Made by a program: the position numbers and the translations under genes. Below the pieces are notes generated by a model, which saw only the letters and a program-made list of their open reading frames with translations, did not search any database and was not told where the DNA came from. Below are positions 59,074-64,000 of a DNA stretch of 64,000 nucleotides, in pieces. The number at the start of each line of letters is the position of its first letter. Within the stretch, counting starts at the first letter, position 1. The DNA is taken from NCBI GenBank assembly GCA_900771995.1, contig CAAGQC010000007.1:2852-66851 (forward strand), given 5' to 3'. The stretch comes from Lachnospiraceae bacterium. GTDB taxonomy: Bacteria > Bacillota > Clostridia > Lachnospirales > Lachnospiraceae.

Positions 59074-59839
59074 TCAGCCCGTGTTCTAAACAAAAATCGT
59101 AGACTCCGTCTTCTTCCACCGATCTGCACGTGCAGGTGGCGTGGGCTTTGATCTCATCCTTCGCATTCCCCATGGCCACGCCGGTGCCGACTGCTTCCAG
59201 CATCTCGATATCATTGAAGCCATCTCCAAAAGCGATGGCTTCTTCCTTCGTAAAGCCAAAATGCTGAAGTACCGCGCGCACAGCGTTTCCCTTCCCACAT
59301 TCCAGGGGAATGATATCAGCCGCTCTATCCCACCATGCTGTGATCTGTGTATGATGCGTACCCTCCAGAATCCGCTCATACTCTTCTTCCCGACAGGAGC
59401 ACATCATCTGATAGATATCCTCATGAACCCGTTCATCGAATTGTTTATCGATTTTCAGCATCTCGCTACCGAATCTGAAATACTGCTCCAGATCCGGATC
59501 TGTACCGTTGGTGATGATAAAATGTTCGTTACTGATTGCTAACGCCCTATGCATGTCTTTCAGATTATGAAGGATCTGAAACTTGTCCATCCGATCAAGC
59601 GGGCACTTAAAAATAATCTCGTCTCCGACTGTCACATAAGAACCGTTAAAGGTCAGAAGCGCATCGAAATCAATCCCCGGAAAACGCGGCGCCGACAGAT
59701 ATCCTCTTCCGGTCGCCATACACAGCTTCACCCCATTCTGCCGAAGAGAAATTAATGTATGCAGCGTCCGCTCACTTAATTCTTTATGACCCATCTTCAG
59801 AAGCGTCCCATCAACATCAAAAAATGCGATTTTAATCAT
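59063..59839 (-). CDS. Cof-type HAD-IIB hydrolase
   Basis: FFDVDGTL, ATGR, K, FGDG.ND..M, AMGNA. Confidence 0.93.
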   Translation of the reverse strand: MIKIAFFDVDGTLLKMGHKELSERTLHTLISLRQNGVKLCMATGRGYLSAPRFPGIDFDALLTFNGSYVTVGDEIIFKCPLDRMDKFQILHNLKDMHRALAISNEHFIITNGTDPDLEQYFRFGSEMLKIDKQFDERVHEDIYQMMCSCREEEYERILEGTHHTQITAWWDRAADIIPLECGKGNAVRAVLQHFGFTKEEAIAFGDGFNDIEMLEAVGTGVAMGNAKDEIKAHATCTCRSVEEDGVYDFCLEHGLITI

Positions 59840-59859
59840 GCCTGCCACCTCCGCCTGGC

Positions 59860-60330
59860 TCACAGGATATATTCCATCTGCCGTTCTTTTGTCTTCATTC
59901 CCATCTTTTCATAAAAGTGCTCTGCTGAAGTGTTGCCTGTCCAGACGTTCAGGGTTACTTCATAACAGCCCAGTTCTTTTGCCTGCTGCTTCACATATTC
60001 AAACAGGCTTTCCCCGATATGCTGACCCCGTGTCTGCTTGTCAACGCAAAGGTCATCGATAAACAATGATTTAAAGGGTACCATATTCGTGGAAAAGGGC
60101 TGCTCCCTGAGTTGACAGAATGCATAGCCCATGCACAGATCGTCCTCGTCTACGGCAACATAGATCGGGTGATCCTCCTGTTCCAATAGCTCTGCTAGCT
60201 CGCAGGGGGTGTATTTCGTAGTACCCGGTATAAAAATATCCGGACGGATCTCTGCATGTATCTGTAATACCTGCCCCAACAGTGCAAGAATTCTTGGAAT
60301 ATCCTTTTTCTCTGCCTTGCGAATCTTCAT
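59860..60330 (-). CDS. GNAT N-acetyltransferase
   Basis: IDDLCV....RGQHIG, N..A..FYEKMG. Confidence 0.92.
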   Translation of the reverse strand: MKIRKAEKKDIPRILALLGQVLQIHAEIRPDIFIPGTTKYTPCELAELLEQEDHPIYVAVDEDDLCMGYAFCQLREQPFSTNMVPFKSLFIDDLCVDKQTRGQHIGESLFEYVKQQAKELGCYEVTLNVWTGNTSAEHFYEKMGMKTKERQMEYIL

Positions 60331-60492
60331 TTCTATTTCACTCTTTCTCCTTCGTTAACTTCAAAGTTTCTGTTCCATATATAATATACCTAATTTTTCG
60401 TAAGGGCGCAAAGAGACAGCGGAGACCAAGAAAAATTTTTACAGGTATCATTATAATGCAAAAGTCATAGGAAAAATATTTCTTTTCCGCCA

Positions 60493-61404
60493 TTACCTAT
60501 CACTATTCTGCCATTTTTTCCTATATTCTATGGGTGAACAATGTGCATATTCCCGAAAAACCTTTCCAAAATAACTGCTGCTCCCTAAACCGCACTCATG
60601 GCTGATAACAGTAACAGCTTCCTGCCCCTTTGCCAACATCTGACAGGCAGCTTGCAGACGGTAAGCCGTTATATACTCTACGGGTGTCATGTTCAGACAG
60701 TCACGAAACTCTCTATAACACTCCCTTTCACTTAGATATGCTGCCGCAGCAAGTTCCGGAATAGATATTTTTTCTCTGTAATGTTCATGAATATATATCA
60801 TCATCCGTTTTATCTTATCATTGCTTTTGCTATGTTCCCCTTTCTTTTCACGCATAGAATGAGAAAGTTCAAAAAGCATGAGCCATATTTCCGTCAGGGC
60901 TTCCCGCAGTTTAATTTCATATCCAAATTCATCACTGGATAAACGAAATGAATCAGCAAGCAGTTTCAAAATCTTTTCTTCTTCTGTATTGCCCGGAAAA
61001 AGCGGGATTACCTCAATCTGCGGGGCTGTTATGACAGGCGCAATATATTTTTGTTCAATCCTGCTTCCCTGTTCTCCGGCAAGTAAGGAAACATCGAAAA
61101 TATGAAGTAGCTGTATATTCTTTTCTCTCTGCGATCTTGCTTTTGTCATATGGAGTACATTGGGATTTATCATGCCGCCGCTTCCAGCCGGAAACACTAT
61201 TTTCCCTCCTGGCGTATCATATTCAATGCTGCCGCTTTCCATATAAAAAAGTTCCACTGCCCTGTGCCAGTGCCACGGTACATAGCACCCCATATACTTG
61301 TCAAGTTCTGCCCTCGAAGCGATATAGGGAAAATCTTTTTCAAAACCGGGAAGCAATTCTTCCTTGCTTTCGGTATAAAATTCAATGCTATGGATATTTT
61401 TCAT
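60493..61404 (-). CDS. AraC-family regulator with cupin domain
   Basis: PWHWH..VE; CG..SSSYFGKVFR. Confidence 0.92.
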   Translation of the reverse strand: MKNIHSIEFYTESKEELLPGFEKDFPYIASRAELDKYMGCYVPWHWHRAVELFYMESGSIEYDTPGGKIVFPAGSGGMINPNVLHMTKARSQREKNIQLLHIFDVSLLAGEQGSRIEQKYIAPVITAPQIEVIPLFPGNTEEEKILKLLADSFRLSSDEFGYEIKLREALTEIWLMLFELSHSMREKKGEHSKSNDKIKRMMIYIHEHYREKISIPELAAAAYLSERECYREFRDCLNMTPVEYITAYRLQAACQMLAKGQEAVTVISHECGLGSSSYFGKVFREYAHCSPIEYRKKWQNSDR

Positions 61405-61525
61405 GTCTGTTCACCTGCACATCTGGGAGTTTGCATCTGCTTTATGGATTAAATATACTGAAATAGCTCGGTAATTGTCAATCAATCAAAACAGATTCAT
61501 CCATTCTTCACTAACTTTTCACCTA

Positions 61526-62545
61526 CTACCGGTTCCAAAGCTTCAGCAATTGTTCGCGAATCGGTGCATAATGTTCCCCAATAAGTCCGAAATCCATCTC
61601 CTTATAAGTCCAGACAGCACAACCGATACCGAACTGCCGGAATACGGTATCCACATCCGTGAACCAGCGCAGGGTATCTTCTACAGGAGCCTGATCAATA
61701 ACACCGAATTCTCCACAGTACAAAGTCACTCCGGCATTTTTTGCAGCAGTAACCGCTTCCATCACCATTTCCGTGATAAATTCTGTTCCCATAGTCTGTG
61801 ACTGTGCCTTACATACCACTTCTCCCTGATATCCGATGGGCAGCGACTTTGTACGATAATAGTCCATTGCTTCCGGATAATAGATATCTTCGGTCTGGCT
61901 GATGGTCGGTACCCAGTGTGCTTTCTGATGGGTAAACAGCAACGGCTCATAGAAATGGAACGTGAACAATATATTTTCATCCTTGGGCTTCTCTAACAGT
62001 TTCAATGTCTTCACACTGTTCCATTGAATTCCGCCGTATATAATAATGGTATCTCTGGCTATTCGGCGAATAGCGTCCACCGTTTCCGTAATGAGCAGAT
62101 TCCACGCTTCCGCATTTTCCTGCTCTACCACTTCATTCAGCAGCTCAAACGCAACATGAGTCTCGTTCGCATAATGCTCTGCAATCTTAATCCACAGATT
62201 TACGAAACGCTTCTGCACCATTTTATTTGTAAACAGAATATTTTTCTCCTTATCTCCGGCATTATTAAAATCATAGCCATACGCTTTATGCAGATCCAGT
62301 ACAATGTTCAATCCCTGCCGTTTACACCATTCCACCACTCTGGTCACATAGGCAAAGCCCTCTTCTCTGGTTCTGCCATATTCATCTTCCAGTACTTCAT
62401 AATCAATTGCCAGACGTACATGGTCAAATCCCATGGAAGCAATCTTACGAATGTCTTCCTCCTGAATAAATGCATCGTAATGTTCTGTGCTATGCACACA
62501 CTGAGATAAATAGCCACCTAAATTGATACCTCTCTCTAATTTCAT
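61526..62545 (-). CDS. GH5 glycoside hydrolase (intracellular cellodextrinase/endoglucanase-like)
   Basis: GINLGG.LSQ, GFDHVRL, LDLH, FELLNE, FHFYEP, YCGEFG, W.YK; no signal peptide. Confidence 0.92.
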   Translation of the reverse strand: MKLERGINLGGYLSQCVHSTEHYDAFIQEEDIRKIASMGFDHVRLAIDYEVLEDEYGRTREEGFAYVTRVVEWCKRQGLNIVLDLHKAYGYDFNNAGDKEKNILFTNKMVQKRFVNLWIKIAEHYANETHVAFELLNEVVEQENAEAWNLLITETVDAIRRIARDTIIIYGGIQWNSVKTLKLLEKPKDENILFTFHFYEPLLFTHQKAHWVPTISQTEDIYYPEAMDYYRTKSLPIGYQGEVVCKAQSQTMGTEFITEMVMEAVTAAKNAGVTLYCGEFGVIDQAPVEDTLRWFTDVDTVFRQFGIGCAVWTYKEMDFGLIGEHYAPIREQLLKLWNR

Positions 62546-62634
62546 GCTCTTGCCCTCCTGATCCTTTGCCACGGAAAATTTATAATCCGGCAGTTCTTCT
62601 TTTCTCTATCATATAATTTGAAATAAAATTCATA

Positions 62635-62666
62635 TATCGTTTCTATATTATTTTTATCGTTTTTAT
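62635..62666. promoter_or_regulatory. Putative AraC-type direct-repeat binding site
   Basis: TATCGTTTCTAT (62635) and TATCGTTTTTAT (62655), 20-bp period, between divergent GH5 and araC. Confidence 0.5.
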
Positions 62667-62771
62667 GCTATATTATTTTTAGCATCAGTGTGACACTATC
62701 TTCACTCCACAAGGGAAAGAATCGCATAGCGGTTTTGAAAAACACTTTCATAATTTCAGAAAGGTATCCAC

Positions 62772-63515
62772 ATGAACATTCCTCAGGAACTTCTCTATCA
62801 ACAATATGTCCACAGAGAATTAGAGATTTATCGCGCCCCTTATGATCCGGAACTGGAATTCTACAACTATGTCAAACAGGGAAATACTGAAAAAGTAAAA
62901 GAATTATGCCGTGAATCTTTTCAGGAAAAGAAAGGCCTGGGTGTCCTCTCGGATTCTCCTCTGCAAAATCTGAAATACCACTTTACCATCACTGCTGCCA
63001 TGCTGGCAAGATACTGCATCGAAGGAGGTATGGAAGTCACAGAGGCTTATGATCTCAGCGACTACTACATTCATAAAGCGGATCTAATGAAATCTAAAAA
63101 AGAAATTTCCGCCCTGCACCCGCAGATGTGTCTGGATTACACTACTCGTATGGAAAAATTGCATAGAAATCATGCCTGCTCCCGTCCGGTTGCCCAGTGT
63201 CTGGAATATATCTATGATCATTTACATAATCGTATCACTGTCCCGATACTCGCCGCTCATGCCGGCATATCTCCGGGTTATTTAAGTCACCTGTTCGCAA
63301 AAGAGATGGGAATTTCTGTCAGTTCCTATATACAGAACAAAAAAATAGAGACCGCTCAGAATATGCTTTGCCATTCCGATTATGCGATCTCTGTAATTTC
63401 TACTACCCTGGCGTTTCCCAGTCAAAGTTATTTCACATCTGTATTTCGGGAAAAGACCGGGAAAACACCAATGCAGTATCGTGCAGAACACTTCCGCACT
63501 TCCGGCATCCAATAA
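62772..63515 (+). CDS. AraC-family transcriptional regulator
   Basis: R.CIEGG....AY.LSD.YI N-terminal domain; YLSHLF.KE.G, F.SQSYFT.VFR. Confidence 0.92.
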   Translation: MNIPQELLYQQYVHRELEIYRAPYDPELEFYNYVKQGNTEKVKELCRESFQEKKGLGVLSDSPLQNLKYHFTITAAMLARYCIEGGMEVTEAYDLSDYYIHKADLMKSKKEISALHPQMCLDYTTRMEKLHRNHACSRPVAQCLEYIYDHLHNRITVPILAAHAGISPGYLSHLFAKEMGISVSSYIQNKKIETAQNMLCHSDYAISVISTTLAFPSQSYFTSVFREKTGKTPMQYRAEHFRTSGIQ

Positions 63516-64000
63516 AAAGCCGGAAAGGTTCTTATCTCTGCTGGCTATATGCTCCGCATTGCCTGCTGGGAAGCGGAGAAGAATTTAACAACTACTGTTT
63601 CCTTTTATCAAAAAAGGTAAGAGATAAAACGGTTCTAACAATAGATTTTCTTCCTTTCCTGCATCTTTCTGTGATATTAAATATTCCTTCAATTCATATA
63701 TTTTATATTATGTGCGTTTCTTCAATATTTATCGCAGTGGTTTTGTGCTTATATTCAAAAAATTCTGTGGTTGTGGTAAATAATTTTTTTCTTTCTCGTC
63801 GGATTCTTTTTTCCATGCAAAAATAATTGTTGTATCATCCCTATAAATTGGAAGTTGTCTATTGTTAAATATTTGTAACAAATTCTTCTATCAAACTATT
63901 TATCTGTTCAGGTTTGTCTGTATTAGAATTATGTCCAGCTCCTTCAATCCATGTTAAAGGAATTTTCGTGTTTCTATGCCACGCTTTGTTATACCGTATG

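Noticed and set aside
63516..64000. ORF 63368-63826 and possible riboswitch in the AT-rich tail
   Set aside because: The ORF overlaps araC and has low-complexity composition; no riboswitch consensus was recognised; probably a regulatory intergenic region continuing beyond the window

Overview
Chromosomal window from a Gram-positive gut anaerobe. The gene set, T-box, MecA and YesM/YesN-type systems point to a Lachnospiraceae-like Firmicute (inference). Layout: (1) 1-2340 is an AT-rich, decayed accessory patch holding a hairpin-rich repeat end, a candidate orphan immunity gene behind a toxin C-terminal stub, a truncated macro domain, a YaiI remnant with an in-frame 54-bp insertion, and an abiF-like RNA leader in front of a truncated Abi gene. 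(2) Next come an exonuclease, two esterases, T-box-controlled proS and three zinc-ribbon/membrane genes. (3) About 9.6-46 kb is a carbohydrate region. It contains an L-rhamnose operon (rhaM-rhaB-[FucI/AraA-family isomerase in place of rhaA]-rhaD plus AraC); a two-component-controlled uronic-acid glycan locus (ABC transporter, GH88, DUF2264, heparinase II/III-like lyase); and an IclR-controlled locus (ABC transporter, Asp-box sialidase-like enzyme, GH106-like hydrolase, DHDPS/NanA-family aldolase, FucI, YhcH). I infer that the last locus is a candidate Rha-Kdo/Kdo catabolic pathway, and it is the most interesting item here. (4) The rest is housekeeping and regulatory genes (PilZ, Hsp20, luxS-mtnN, M42 peptidase, pgi, murG, cutC, HAD, GNAT, AraC-type regulators, GH5). 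I saw no rRNA, tRNA, CRISPR array, intact transposase or prophage. All family assignments come from motif recognition by eye; no database search was run.
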